Below are positions 26,685 to 36,876 of a stretch of DNA of 64,000 bases, one piece after another. Origin of the DNA: an uncultured Porphyromonadaceae bacterium (GTDB lineage Bacteria; Bacteroidota; Bacteroidia; Bacteroidales; Muribaculaceae); the NCBI GenBank assembly GCA_902461565.1, contig CABPYL010000004.1, positions 7,792-71,791 on the forward strand, in the 5' to 3' direction. The notes under the pieces are model-generated. The model ran no database searches. It was not told where the DNA came from and was given only the letters and a program-made list of their open reading frames with translations. The position numbers and the translations under genes were made by a program. Position 1 is the first letter of the stretch. Every line of letters starts with the position of its first letter.

Positions 26685-29600
26685 TTAGAGATTGATTTGA
26701 ATACCTGCGGTGAAGGAGCGGGTGATAGGATATGCTTCGCCGTCGCTGCTGCCCATTTCGGGATCCCACAGCTTGAAGCTGCTCCATGTCAGCACATTCG
26801 TGCCCTGGAGATATACGCGGAAGTTTTCGAGGTGGAGTGTGTTGAGCACGCCCTGGGGCAACGAATAACCGATCTCGAGGTTTTTAAGGCGGAGATAGCT
26901 TACATCGCGCATCCAGTACGACGAGGCGCGGTAATTGTTATGTCCGGCGTTATTCTCGCACAGCACCATGCGGGGGTAGCTTGCGTTGGGGTTTTCGTTG
27001 GCGGGGATACCGAGAGTGGCGGCTGTCTCTTTGTCCACCCAGCGGTCCTCTACGAGGTCGCTGAGAATCTGACCGTAGCGGTCCTGGCTGAAAGCCCATA
27101 CGGTTTTTCCGTTCATGAGCATACTGGATTTACCGGTTCCCTGGAAGTGTACGTTGAAGTCGAAGCCTTTCCAGTTGAGCGATGCGCCGAGGCCGTATAC
27201 AAGATTGGGAGTGGTTGTGGCGCCGATAGCTACTTCGTCGTTGCCGTCGACAATACCGTCGCCGTTAACGTCGCGGTACTTGATATCGCCGGGCTGCACA
27301 TCACCGAACATCTGTTTGGGCGAGTTGCGGATGTCGTCATAGTCGGCGAAGAGACCTTCGGCAACGAGGCCGCGCAGCTGGTTCACGCGATAGCCGGTCT
27401 GGTACTGGTAGGGATATACGTTGTTCTCCACGTCGTAGTTGAGAATGGTGTTCTTGCTGTAGGTAAGGTTACCGCGAACTGTAAGGTTTGTCTCGCCGAA
27501 GCGGTTTTCGAAGCGGAAGTTACCGTCGACACCTTCTTGCTTGACAGCGCCCACGTTGGCCGAGGGAGCCTGCTCCAGACCGAGGTATCCGGGAAGGAAG
27601 TTTCGCTGCATATAGATGCCTGTACGTTTTTCGTGGAAGTAGTCGGCGGTGAGGGAGAAGCGGTTGTTGAAAAGCGAGATATCGATACCGACGTCCTGCT
27701 TGGTGGCAACTTCCCAGGTTACGTTTCTGGACGCGAGAGAGGCGTAGTGTACACCGTGCATGTATTCGGGACGAGTGGGCGAGCCCACTGTACCGAAGTT
27801 GTAGATATTGTCGCCGGAGTAGTCGATAGTGTACAGGTAGGGGAAGCGGTCGTTCATTCGGTCGTTACCTACACGGCCCCAGGAGTAGCGGATCTTGAGC
27901 ATGTTGAGCCAGCGCACCGGCTCCATGAATTTCTCGCCTGTGATGTTCCATGCGCCCGAAACGGCGGGGAAGAAGCCGAAGCGGTGTCCGTCGGCAAAGT
28001 TTTCGGAGCCGTTGTAGCCGAAGTTGAAATCGACGAAGTATCTGGAATCCCAGTTATAGTAGACCTGTCCTGCGAGTGCCATGTTCTTGCGGGCCACGCC
28101 GTTTTTGATGTCTTCGCCGATGTTCTGGGTAGCAATACTGTTGTCGTAGGTATACTTCAGGTTGGCACCTGTGTTGTTCTTGCCGAAGGAGCGGTTATAG
28201 CTCAGCAGAAGGTCGAGGAAGATACGGCGCGAGCCGTCGTTGCCTGAGCTCTGGTGCATGTCCACCTTATCTTTGATTTTGTCGAAGATGATTTCGCCGG
28301 TATCTTTGTCGCGGCCGTTGGCATACCAGCGCTCGGGCTGCTGCGAGTGGTTGATGTAGTTGTAGTTGTAAGTATCGTAGCCGAAGCGGCCGATGAATTT
28401 AAGGCCCTGGGTGATGAATTTTAGGTCCTGTTCAAGCGATACGTTGTTCTGCAGGTTGTTGTTCCATTCCTGGTTATAGCCCGTCTGGGTTGTCATTACC
28501 CAGGGATTGGTGCGGAGGTCATCTCGGCCCATATTAATCATGGGCACGTAGCCGTTGGAGTACATGATAGGCGTCAGGATTGCGTTGTAGCCGAAAAGCG
28601 AGTTCCATGTGTCGTTGTCGCCCATACCCGGCGAATTACGCAGCGAGAGGTCGCCCGATGTGCCCAGACGCAGAAGGGTGGTGGACGTGAGGTCGATGTC
28701 GACGTTCAGTCGGTAGTTCCAGCGGTTGTAGTTGGCGTTGGTGTTGTACTTGTCGCGCAGAGTGGCGTCGGTTTTGTACATACCCTCGTCGTTTACGTAG
28801 GAGATAGAGGCGTAGTAGCGCACCGTGTTGCCGCCGCCGCTCAGGTTGACGTTGGCGCGGTAGCTCATGGCGCCGTCTTTGAGGATAAGGTCTTTCCAGT
28901 CTACGTTGGGATACAGATCGGGGTCCAGACCGGTACGGAACAGCTCGAGTTCGGCCGGAGAGTAATACTGGCCGCGGCTGCGGGTGATATAGGCCTCGTT
29001 GAGCAGGTTGGCATATGTGATACCGTCTACAAACTCGGGCGTTTTGGTACGCGTGTTGTAGGAACTTTCGAATTTGGCGTTCACTTTCACCTTGCCGGCT
29101 TTACCGTGCTTGGTTGTGATAAGAACCACGCCGTTTGCACCCTTGGAACCGTAGATAGCCGTTGCCGACGCGTCCTTCAGCACCGTGAATGTTTCGATAT
29201 CCTCGATGTTGAGGTCATCAATGCTCTCGCGCTCGAAACCGTCGACAAGAATATACGCGCTTGCTCCGGCGCCGAAGGTGGAGATACCGCGGATCCAGAA
29301 TTCGGAACGGTTCTTACCGGGCTGTCCGGAAGTCTGCATTGCAATCACGCCGGGAACGTTACCGGCAAGGGCATTGGACAGGTTGGAGGAATTGTAGTGT
29401 TTCATGTCCACAACATCCACATTGGTAACGGCACCGGTAAGTGTTATTTTTTTACGGCTGCCCATACCTGTAACGACCACTTCGTTGAGAGCGTTGGGTA
29501 CTTCCTCGAGTTTGATTTCATTGTTGTTTCGTGCGAGGCCGCGCACGGGCAGCTCCGCATTCTGCATACCCACGTAGGATACTACGAGGAATTTGCAGTT

Positions 29601-29795
29601 GTCCGGTATGTCGATGGAGAAATTGCCGTCGATGTCGGTTACCACGCCCACCTTGGCGTCCTTTGCAATGACCGAAGCGCCGATAAGCGGTTCTCCGTCG
29701 GCTGCGCTGATAACGGTACCGGTATATACTTTGGCTGTCGCCGAGGCTGCGGTAAGCGCTGCTGCGGCTAAAAGCACTGATATTCGCTGTTTCAT
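26685..29795 (-). CDS. susC: SusC/RagA TonB-dependent transporter
   Basis: GEPLIGASV N-domain, LKDASATAIYGSKGANGVVLITTK plug, GFFPAVS, PGDIKYRDVNGDG, YLRLKNLEIGY. Confidence 0.97.
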   Translation of the reverse strand: MKQRISVLLAAAALTAASATAKVYTGTVISAADGEPLIGASVIAKDAKVGVVTDIDGNFSIDIPDNCKFLVVSYVGMQNAELPVRGLARNNNEIKLEEVPNALNEVVVTGMGSRKKITLTGAVTNVDVVDMKHYNSSNLSNALAGNVPGVIAMQTSGQPGKNRSEFWIRGISTFGAGASAYILVDGFERESIDDLNIEDIETFTVLKDASATAIYGSKGANGVVLITTKHGKAGKVKVNAKFESSYNTRTKTPEFVDGITYANLLNEAYITRSRGQYYSPAELELFRTGLDPDLYPNVDWKDLILKDGAMSYRANVNLSGGGNTVRYYASISYVNDEGMYKTDATLRDKYNTNANYNRWNYRLNVDIDLTSTTLLRLGTSGDLSLRNSPGMGDNDTWNSLFGYNAILTPIMYSNGYVPMINMGRDDLRTNPWVMTTQTGYNQEWNNNLQNNVSLEQDLKFITQGLKFIGRFGYDTYNYNYINHSQQPERWYANGRDKDTGEIIFDKIKDKVDMHQSSGNDGSRRIFLDLLLSYNRSFGKNNTGANLKYTYDNSIATQNIGEDIKNGVARKNMALAGQVYYNWDSRYFVDFNFGYNGSENFADGHRFGFFPAVSGAWNITGEKFMEPVRWLNMLKIRYSWGRVGNDRMNDRFPYLYTIDYSGDNIYNFGTVGSPTRPEYMHGVHYASLASRNVTWEVATKQDVGIDISLFNNRFSLTADYFHEKRTGIYMQRNFLPGYLGLEQAPSANVGAVKQEGVDGNFRFENRFGETNLTVRGNLTYSKNTILNYDVENNVYPYQYQTGYRVNQLRGLVAEGLFADYDDIRNSPKQMFGDVQPGDIKYRDVNGDGIVDGNDEVAIGATTTPNLVYGLGASLNWKGFDFNVHFQGTGKSSMLMNGKTVWAFSQDRYGQILSDLVEDRWVDKETAATLGIPANENPNASYPRMVLCENNAGHNNYRASSYWMRDVSYLRLKNLEIGYSLPQGVLNTLHLENFRVYLQGTNVLTWSSFKLWDPEMGSSDGEAYPITRSFTAGIQINL

Positions 29796-29817
29796 TTGCT
29801 GAATGTTTTTTTGTTAG

Positions 29818-31359
29818 TTACTCCTCGTTAGTTTCCATACCTATTATGCGCACGCTGCGGTTGTTGTGGTCCAGCACATAGAAGCGGTCGCGCTGCGCGT
29901 CGTAGGTAAGGCCGGTTACGTCGCGGAAACGTGCCTGCTGGCGCAGGTCGCCGTTTTCGGTACCCCAGATATTGCCGTTTGTAGATGGCGCGCGTCCGGC
30001 AAAGGTGCGCACAAGACCGTCGGGAGTGATATAGCGGACACAGAAGTTGAGACAGTCGGAAAAGTAATAGTCGTATACATCGGAGCGTCCTTCGGCCTCA
30101 TATTCGGGATTCTTTACGAAAGCGCCCTGATAGGGACGATGCAGACGGGCGTTGCTGCCTACGGCGTCGGTCCAGTCAGGCATACCGTTTGCGCCGGCGA
30201 TGATATATGGTGTGGTGAATTCTTTCTTGCTCCAGTCGTAGTCGGTACGCAGGATATAGTCGCGGTTTATAACCGTCAGGTAGGCATAATCGCCGGAGGG
30301 GTGGATTGTGATCTGGAACTCGTAGCTGGGGTCCATAATCTTGAACAGTTCCTTGAAAGCGCCGTCCTCGAGGTATCCTGTCCACTTCAGCGGTTCGCCG
30401 CTCGCGTCGGTGCCACCGTTGATTACTTTAAGGTAGTCGTTGAAGTCGAGGCGGAACAGCTGGCCGTTTTCATAGCTGTTGAAATAAATCTCGCCGTTTA
30501 CGGGATGTACGGCAACGCCGTTGCACTGCTTGTAGGAAACGAGGGGCTGGCACGACGAACGGTCGCTGAACGTTCCGTCGGCATTGCGGGTTACAAGCCA
30601 TACGCTTGTGGAGTGGAGGGCATTATCGTCGCGGTCCGTGGAAACGAGCATATACTTGCCGTCGTTGGTAAAGGCGATGTTACGCAGGCGCTTGGTCTGG
30701 AACTTGGTGGCCGACATCATGCGTTCGGCTACACGGTTCTTAAGATCAAGACGGGCAATTATACCTTCCGAGCGGTCGTAAGCGATATAAAGCAGATCGG
30801 GGTAGAGCGGGTCGATGGCCATACAGCCCTCGGCGTTGAAACCGCATACTTCGTCGAACGAGCCCCATATCTCCCCCTGGTCGTCGTTCTCGTTGCGGTA
30901 GCCGCAAAGTGTGCTCACGACCTTTTTGGGAGTATACTGGAACGGCCGGGCGGATACGCCGCGGACTTCGGTGCCATTCTCGGGAGCAACAACTACTTCT
31001 ACTTCGCCTGTATAGGTATCGTTATCGGAGTAGGCGCCGGCGGGAATGAACGCAAACAGTTTGTCGGACATCACATTTACAATTACAGCCTTTTTGCCTC
31101 CGATATATACCGAGACAATGTTTTTGTCGTTGCCGAAATTGCTGCCGTTAATGATAATCTCTTCCTGCGAGCCGCCTCTTTCGGGGGTGAAGCCCGTTAC
31201 CGTTACCGGCAGAGCAGGATTGAAAGGTTCCGACGATTTGATTTTTGAATCGTCGTCGCATGATACCATCATTCCGGCAAGCAGTATAAGGCATGCCCCG
31301 AAGAGAATCTCCGGAAACCGGAAAAGCGATGATTTCACTTTGTCTGATTTAACTTTCAT
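29818..31359 (-). CDS. IPT/TIG + NHL-propeller surface lipoprotein
   Basis: Lipobox MVSC-DDD; VTGFTPERGG...IIINGSNFG (TIG); DAVGSNARL and GDLRQQARF (NHL-like). Confidence 0.85.
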   Translation of the reverse strand: MKVKSDKVKSSLFRFPEILFGACLILLAGMMVSCDDDSKIKSSEPFNPALPVTVTGFTPERGGSQEEIIINGSNFGNDKNIVSVYIGGKKAVIVNVMSDKLFAFIPAGAYSDNDTYTGEVEVVVAPENGTEVRGVSARPFQYTPKKVVSTLCGYRNENDDQGEIWGSFDEVCGFNAEGCMAIDPLYPDLLYIAYDRSEGIIARLDLKNRVAERMMSATKFQTKRLRNIAFTNDGKYMLVSTDRDDNALHSTSVWLVTRNADGTFSDRSSCQPLVSYKQCNGVAVHPVNGEIYFNSYENGQLFRLDFNDYLKVINGGTDASGEPLKWTGYLEDGAFKELFKIMDPSYEFQITIHPSGDYAYLTVINRDYILRTDYDWSKKEFTTPYIIAGANGMPDWTDAVGSNARLHRPYQGAFVKNPEYEAEGRSDVYDYYFSDCLNFCVRYITPDGLVRTFAGRAPSTNGNIWGTENGDLRQQARFRDVTGLTYDAQRDRFYVLDHNNRSVRIIGMETNEE

Positions 31360-31497
31360 GGTGTGTATAACAATTGGTTTAATTTACTTAACTATGCAAT
31401 CCCTCAACAATCTCTCCTACCGGTAGAAGCCGTACCTGTGGCGGCCCATACTTATTATTACCTTTATACCATTGGTGAAAACCACTTTTCTCGGGTG

Positions 31498-31565
31498 CAA
31501 AATAACCTAAAAATAGTGGCGAAATCCAAAAAATACCGTTCATATATTCTGAATTTCTGTTCAAA
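31498..31565 (-). promoter_or_regulatory. susC-operon promoter: near-consensus -7 box TTATTTTG (31498-31505) plus upstream TGAAC-N16-TGAAC direct repeat
   Basis: GTTCA at 31538-42 and 31559-63 (21-bp period); proximal repeat 37 bp from the -7 box. Confidence 0.7.
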
Positions 31566-31726
31566 GACAGCTACAAATGTTAAAATCGACTGTTTTTGCA
31601 CATACAGTTCAACACTGACCGGAAAATACAAAAAATATATTCTCATTCAGATGATGGAATGGGGTGTATGTCAATTTTTTGTGCTAACTTTGTATCCGTT
31701 ATATTTTAAAGAGAGATTCAGATACC

Positions 31727-32773
31727 ATGAACGATATACACGGACGTTTCCGTTCTTTTATATTTCTTCTACCACTGTTTCTGACACTGGTCTTTACCCT
31801 TATTTCTTGCGGAGACAGTAAACCCGATGGTCGAGAGACAGCCGTTATCGACAACGTGGGATATCCGAGCGCCATATATCATGACGGCATGTATTATCTC
31901 ACTGTGCAGAACGACAGCAGCGACGTTATCACCCTCTTTGCATCCCCTAAGCTGGCCGACATAGGCAAGGGACAGAAAAAAGTGATTCTCGACGGCCGCA
32001 CGAGTAAGGTGCGTACATTTTACTCGCCGGACATAAACTTTTTTGATGGCAAATGGTACATATATTTTGAAGGCGACGACGGTTACAGCACCGATAACCA
32101 TCAGATATTTGTTCTGGAAAATGCCTCGGAGAATCCTCTTGAAGGCGAATGGACGCTCCACGGACCGGTTATTACAAACAGCGAATGGAACTTCTCCATC
32201 CACCCCAGTACTTTCACGTGTGGAGGCAGGCTGTACATGCTGTGGTCCGGTTGGCAGAAACGCCGCGTAGAAAGTGAGACGCAGTGCATTTTCATTGCCG
32301 AGATGGAGAACCCATATACCCTTAAATCGGAACGTGTCATGCTGTCGTTGCCGGAGTATGAATGGGAACGGCAGTGGATTAACTCGGATGGCATGCGTTC
32401 GGCATATCCTATTTTCGTGAACGAGAATCCGCAGGGTGTTCTTTCGCCCGACGGCCGCAATGTGATAATATTTTACTCCGCCAGCGGAATATGGACGGAG
32501 TTTACGTCGCTCGGCATGTTGTACGCGCCGGCGACTGCCAATCTTTTAGATCCACGCTCGTGGACAAAACTGCCTGAACCACAGTTTACTCCCGCTCCCG
32601 AGACGCCCGACAAACGGTCGTCCAACGTGTCGGTGGTCAACAATCAGGACGAAGGCAAAAGCTATTTTGTATATGAAACCCGTATCCGCGACAACGGCAG
32701 TTTCAGGCGCGGCCTGAATATCGCGGAGTTGCAGTGGGACGACAATAGCATGCCCGTTTTAGGCCATCCCTGA
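31727..32773 (+). CDS. GH43-like lipoprotein (arabinofuranosidase-type fold) with altered catalytic motifs
   Basis: Lipobox LISC; IYHDGMYY, YSPDINFFDGKWYIYF, LYMLWSGW, IFIAEMENPYTL, VNENPQ, IFYSASG; TAACTTTG at 31685-31692. Confidence 0.8.
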   Translation: MNDIHGRFRSFIFLLPLFLTLVFTLISCGDSKPDGRETAVIDNVGYPSAIYHDGMYYLTVQNDSSDVITLFASPKLADIGKGQKKVILDGRTSKVRTFYSPDINFFDGKWYIYFEGDDGYSTDNHQIFVLENASENPLEGEWTLHGPVITNSEWNFSIHPSTFTCGGRLYMLWSGWQKRRVESETQCIFIAEMENPYTLKSERVMLSLPEYEWERQWINSDGMRSAYPIFVNENPQGVLSPDGRNVIIFYSASGIWTEFTSLGMLYAPATANLLDPRSWTKLPEPQFTPAPETPDKRSSNVSVVNNQDEGKSYFVYETRIRDNGSFRRGLNIAELQWDDNSMPVLGHP

Positions 32774-35700
32774 ACCTTTCTGGTGTGCGGTGGCGTACTC
32801 CTTGGGATTTTGTCCGTATTTGGCTTTGAAGCATTTCGAAAAGTAGGACGATGATGTGAAACCAGACATCAGCGCGACTTCTGTTATTCGCGCGCCTTCC
32901 AGCAGCAGTCGTGCGGCGTGCTCCAGGCGGAAATTCTTCAGATAATCCACAGGAGTCATGCCCGTTATGGCTTTCAGTTTACGGTAGAAGCTGGAACGGC
33001 TCATGTTCATCCGTTCAGCCATAGTGTCTATGGAAAATTCCTCGTCGCTGATGTTTTCGGCTATGTTAGTGTTGAGTGTGTTGAGGAATTCGGTATCCAT
33101 GCGGTTGATATACGGTTCGGTTGCTATTATCTCCTGTTGCGGCTGCTCGGACATGAGGCGTCTGTAGAACAGCGCACGGGCTTTCAGCATGTTCACGATC
33201 TGCAGCTTAAGCTGCTTGATTGTGAATGGTTTTTCCACGTATACGTCTACGCCGGCTTCCATGCCCTCTTCCTTGGCTTCGCGGTCCGTTTTTGCGGTGA
33301 GCATAATAAAGGGGATGTGTGAGAATCGGATATCGTTTTTCAGACGCTGGCACAGACGCGCGCCGCTCATGCCAGGCATCATGAAATCGCTGATTATAAA
33401 GTCTATGTCGCTGGTACCGTTGAGTATTGCAAGCGCATCATCGCCGGACGGTGCTGTTATTACGGTGTAGTTCTGCGATAGAGCTTCGGATACTGTCGCA
33501 AGAAGTTCTGCGTTGTCGTCGACAAGCAGAACAGTGATATCGCGGCGCTCGTTGGCCGTTGCATCGTCGCTGTCGCCTATGATTTCGGGCTTGCGGCTTT
33601 GCTGTACAGCTGTGGCAAGCGCGGTATTCAGCGTTATTGTGAATGTGGCACCTCCGGTAGCATTGTTGTCCACAGTGATGCTGCCGTGATGGGCGTTGGC
33701 TATAAGTTTGGCGTATGCCAGGCCGAGACCCGTTCCGAGGGTGGCGGCGACATCATCACCACTCATCTGATAGTAGGTGTCGAATATTCGTTCGCGTTCC
33801 TCCTTGGGCACACCGGTACCGTCGTCGGATACTTTTATCGCAAATTCGCCGTCGGCCGGGGTGCAAAGTTCCAGGGTTACTTTCGTGCGCGAATACTTCA
33901 TTGCGTTGCTTACGATGTTCATTATCACTCGGTCTATTTTGTCGATATCCACGTCGGCAAGAATCTCTACCGGCGGCATAATCAGCTCGAAGGTCTTTCC
34001 GGCGGTAGTCATCGGGTGCTCGAAACGCTCGGCTATGTCGGATATCAGCTTGTTTATGTCGGTGCGCGTGCGCTTGAGCTGAACTTCGGAGCCTGATTGT
34101 GCCTTGCGGAAGTCCAGCAGCTGGTTTACAATCCCCAGAAGGTAATTTACATTCCGGCGCATTGATTTGATGTGTTTCTTGTTGTCCTCGATTTTGTTTT
34201 TGCCGTTTCGTGCGTTCTCGGCCATTTGTTCGAGTGGCAGGCTTATAAGTGTTAGCGGCGTGCGGATTTCGTGGACAAGATTGACGAAGAACTGCATCTT
34301 GGCTTCGAAGGTCTCACGTTCCTTCTGCATGCGCATGTCGTTGATACGCTTGTGGTAGTGCATGCGCACGCGGTGGCGTATGAATATCCAGAGGGCCCAG
34401 CCGAGTGCTATGGTCAGCACAATGTAGATTATATATGCGTATAGTGTTCTGTACCAGGGTGGTGAAACGGTGATTGTGAGTGTAGTGGCGGTATCGTCAG
34501 GTTCAGTTTCTGATAGAATATGCAGTGTGTATGTGCCAGGCTGCAGATTGGTGTAGGTTACATTCGGTTCCGATATTATATTCCATTCTTTGTCGTAGCC
34601 GTCGAGGCGGTAGCGTAAACGCACAGGTGGCATATCGGCAGAATGTGATGTGGAGAAGAATAGGGTGAAGGTATTGTCGCGGTACGGAATCGTGAGGCTG
34701 CTGCGATTGCACAGCGCGCCTTCCAGACCGAGACGACGGCGTTCCTCGATATCGTTATTGGTGTACGGGAAACGTATGGACTGGATATAGGTACGCACTT
34801 TTGTCTCCGGCGATTTCATTTCGCGAGGATTGAAGATCCGCAGCCCTTTTTCATCGCCATAAACGATACGTCCGTCGCTGAGGATACCGGATATGTCTGT
34901 CATTGTCAGAATATTGGTATACGTATTCGCTTTGTATACAAAAAATTCCGTGCGTTTGTCGGACGCAATCGCTGCCAAGGCCCCGGAGGCATCGCCGAGC
35001 CACAGGCGACCGTCGCGGTCGCGCTCCATAAAGGTGAGAGGATAATCGTTAGGTACTCCGAAACTGTAAGGAATAAAGTCGCCTGCCGATTCGTCGAAAA
35101 TGTATATTCTGTTGTCGTTCGCGGCGGCAAGAAGTTCGCCGGTATTGTCGCAACGCAGGATGGCGACCGATTTGCCATTCAGATTGTCGCTGAAAAGACG
35201 TTCCACATTGGTTTTGTCCTTTCCGCGGGTAAAGATGGAGCCGTCTGCCATCATGAACCATCTTCTGCCGTGCCTGTCCTCGGCAATCGTAAGCGGCTGT
35301 TTGTGGCTGTCGATTTCACGAATGGTACCGAAATTGTCCTCAACATCGTTGTAGCGGCACAGGCCCCAGTTGGTAAGCACGAACAATTCTCCGTCGCCTG
35401 CCACAAAAATCTTGTGTACAGCGTTGCTCATAAGGGAATTAGGGGTTCTTGCATTGTAAACGTAGTGCCATGTATGGTGCGTATCAAGCGAGTGCCGGAA
35501 AACGCCGCGAGATTCAGTACCGATCCATAGCATGTCGTTGCGGATGGCTATGGACGTTATCCTGTTGCCTTCAGCTCCCGGAATATCCATAGCTATGGGT
35601 GTGAGCGAAGGAAGGTCGAAATACGCCACGCCTTTGCGCGATCCCACCCATACGCGGTTTCCGTCGTCGGACACGCAGATGGCTGTGGCTGCCTCCGGAG

Positions 35701-36733
35701 AATCGTCTGTGCCGAGCTGAATAAGCTCGATGGGCTGTTGCATCATTATCAGATGGCTGACGCCGCCTACTGCAGTGAGTACCAGTAGGTTGTTGTCCAT
35801 CTCCGGCATAATGAACGTTACGTGGTCGTCGGATAGGCGGTTGTTAAGGGATGTTCTCTTTGTTGATGCGATGTTGCGTGCCGAGTGTGATTCTTTGTCG
35901 TAGATCCACAAGCCTTCGTCGGTGCCAATGATAATCCGTCCACTGGTACAGCACATTGTCTTTATATCGGATGTCAGGCCGGAGGGCTGTTCGAATGTAA
36001 GTTTCTTGTTTAAAAGATTGTATGTGTATATTGTCTTGCCCGATGTTACCATTACGCTTGTTGCGTCGGCACCCATGCGGAGGCTGCTGTGGCCGGCAGT
36101 GAATTCGGGAAGAACAATGGAGTCGATAAGTCCTCCGTTGTTGTTGAATATTTTTAGAATACCTTCGAGGCTTATGGCGTATATGTTTCCGTTGTTTCCT
36201 TTCACCATGTCGCTGAAGAAGGCGCCGTTGCGGCTGTTCTGCTCCAAAGTGTTATCTTTGGTGTTGTAGATGAAATAACCCTGGCCGTATGTGAGGATCC
36301 AGATCAGCCCGTCGCCCACTTCCATAATACGATGTACGGGCGAACTGATAGTTACTCCGTATTTTGTCTTGTACGGAAAGCGCGATGTGATATCGCTGTC
36401 CCTGTCGTAGACCCACAGGCCGTTGGATACCCCGATCCATATCATGTCGTTGTGCTCGAAAAGGTCTATCACATCAGGCAACTGTGGTGCTGCAGCGTTT
36501 GTGGACGGGTAAATAAGTCTTCCTCCGCTGTCGTAGGCATACAGTCCTGAAGCTGTACCGAGCCACAGGAAGCCGTAATGGTCGCGCAGCGCGCACTGGC
36601 TTGATTTGCCGATGGCATAGTCGGTGTTTATTATTTCGCAACTGCCGTTTACTGGCCTCGCCGGGGTTGAGAAACAACACAGCAGCGTCGACAGCGCTGC
36701 AAAAATGAATGTGCGGAATTGCATGCTTGACAT
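32759..36733 (-). CDS. Hybrid two-component sensor/regulator (propeller sensor, Y_Y_Y, HisKA, HATPase, REC, AraC)
   Basis: YRLDGYDKEW...YTNLQPGTY, PPWY+TM, HEIRTPLTLI, GTGLGLA, ISDFMMPGMSG, SRSSFYRKLK, GFTSSSYFSKCFK. Start is probably 36733 or 36724, because a TAATTTTG box at 36752-36759 overlaps the track's start. Confidence 0.95.
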   Translation of the reverse strand: MSSMQFRTFIFAALSTLLCCFSTPARPVNGSCEIINTDYAIGKSSQCALRDHYGFLWLGTASGLYAYDSGGRLIYPSTNAAAPQLPDVIDLFEHNDMIWIGVSNGLWVYDRDSDITSRFPYKTKYGVTISSPVHRIMEVGDGLIWILTYGQGYFIYNTKDNTLEQNSRNGAFFSDMVKGNNGNIYAISLEGILKIFNNNGGLIDSIVLPEFTAGHSSLRMGADATSVMVTSGKTIYTYNLLNKKLTFEQPSGLTSDIKTMCCTSGRIIIGTDEGLWIYDKESHSARNIASTKRTSLNNRLSDDHVTFIMPEMDNNLLVLTAVGGVSHLIMMQQPIELIQLGTDDSPEAATAICVSDDGNRVWVGSRKGVAYFDLPSLTPIAMDIPGAEGNRITSIAIRNDMLWIGTESRGVFRHSLDTHHTWHYVYNARTPNSLMSNAVHKIFVAGDGELFVLTNWGLCRYNDVEDNFGTIREIDSHKQPLTIAEDRHGRRWFMMADGSIFTRGKDKTNVERLFSDNLNGKSVAILRCDNTGELLAAANDNRIYIFDESAGDFIPYSFGVPNDYPLTFMERDRDGRLWLGDASGALAAIASDKRTEFFVYKANTYTNILTMTDISGILSDGRIVYGDEKGLRIFNPREMKSPETKVRTYIQSIRFPYTNNDIEERRRLGLEGALCNRSSLTIPYRDNTFTLFFSTSHSADMPPVRLRYRLDGYDKEWNIISEPNVTYTNLQPGTYTLHILSETEPDDTATTLTITVSPPWYRTLYAYIIYIVLTIALGWALWIFIRHRVRMHYHKRINDMRMQKERETFEAKMQFFVNLVHEIRTPLTLISLPLEQMAENARNGKNKIEDNKKHIKSMRRNVNYLLGIVNQLLDFRKAQSGSEVQLKRTRTDINKLISDIAERFEHPMTTAGKTFELIMPPVEILADVDIDKIDRVIMNIVSNAMKYSRTKVTLELCTPADGEFAIKVSDDGTGVPKEERERIFDTYYQMSGDDVAATLGTGLGLAYAKLIANAHHGSITVDNNATGGATFTITLNTALATAVQQSRKPEIIGDSDDATANERRDITVLLVDDNAELLATVSEALSQNYTVITAPSGDDALAILNGTSDIDFIISDFMMPGMSGARLCQRLKNDIRFSHIPFIMLTAKTDREAKEEGMEAGVDVYVEKPFTIKQLKLQIVNMLKARALFYRRLMSEQPQQEIIATEPYINRMDTEFLNTLNTNIAENISDEEFSIDTMAERMNMSRSSFYRKLKAITGMTPVDYLKNFRLEHAARLLLEGARITEVALMSGFTSSSYFSKCFKAKYGQNPKEYATAHQKGSGMA

Positions 36734-36819
36734 GGGATGACTGGTTTTGTGCAAAATTACTGAATTATCGGATATTCAGGAAGTAGAGAATGTTAAAATC
36801 GCACGATTGGAGAAAAAGT

Positions 36820-36850
36820 AGGGGAGAGGGGACTATGCCCGCTCTCCCCT
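36820..36850 (-). terminator. Rho-independent terminator of the 926-aa secreted protein gene
   Basis: AGGGGAGAG...CTCTCCCCT stem followed by ACTTTTT on the minus strand. Confidence 0.7.
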
Positions 36851-36876
36851 GTGTCGGTGAGATATTACTGATCTAA

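Noticed and set aside
26697..28247. Long antisense ORFs (e.g. 26697-28247, 29866-31248, 37180-38406, 44462-45721, 48820-50070, 51417-52796)
   Set aside because: They lie exactly opposite well-supported genes and have no motifs. They are shadow ORFs produced by biased codon usage.
31360..31497. Riboswitch or sRNA in the ~130-nt susC-operon leader
   Set aside because: No recognisable conserved structure or antisense promoter; cannot be supported from the sequence alone
31363..31821. ORFs 31363..31821 and 31464..31646 in the PUL control region
   Set aside because: AT-rich intergenic DNA carrying promoters and operators; no protein-like features
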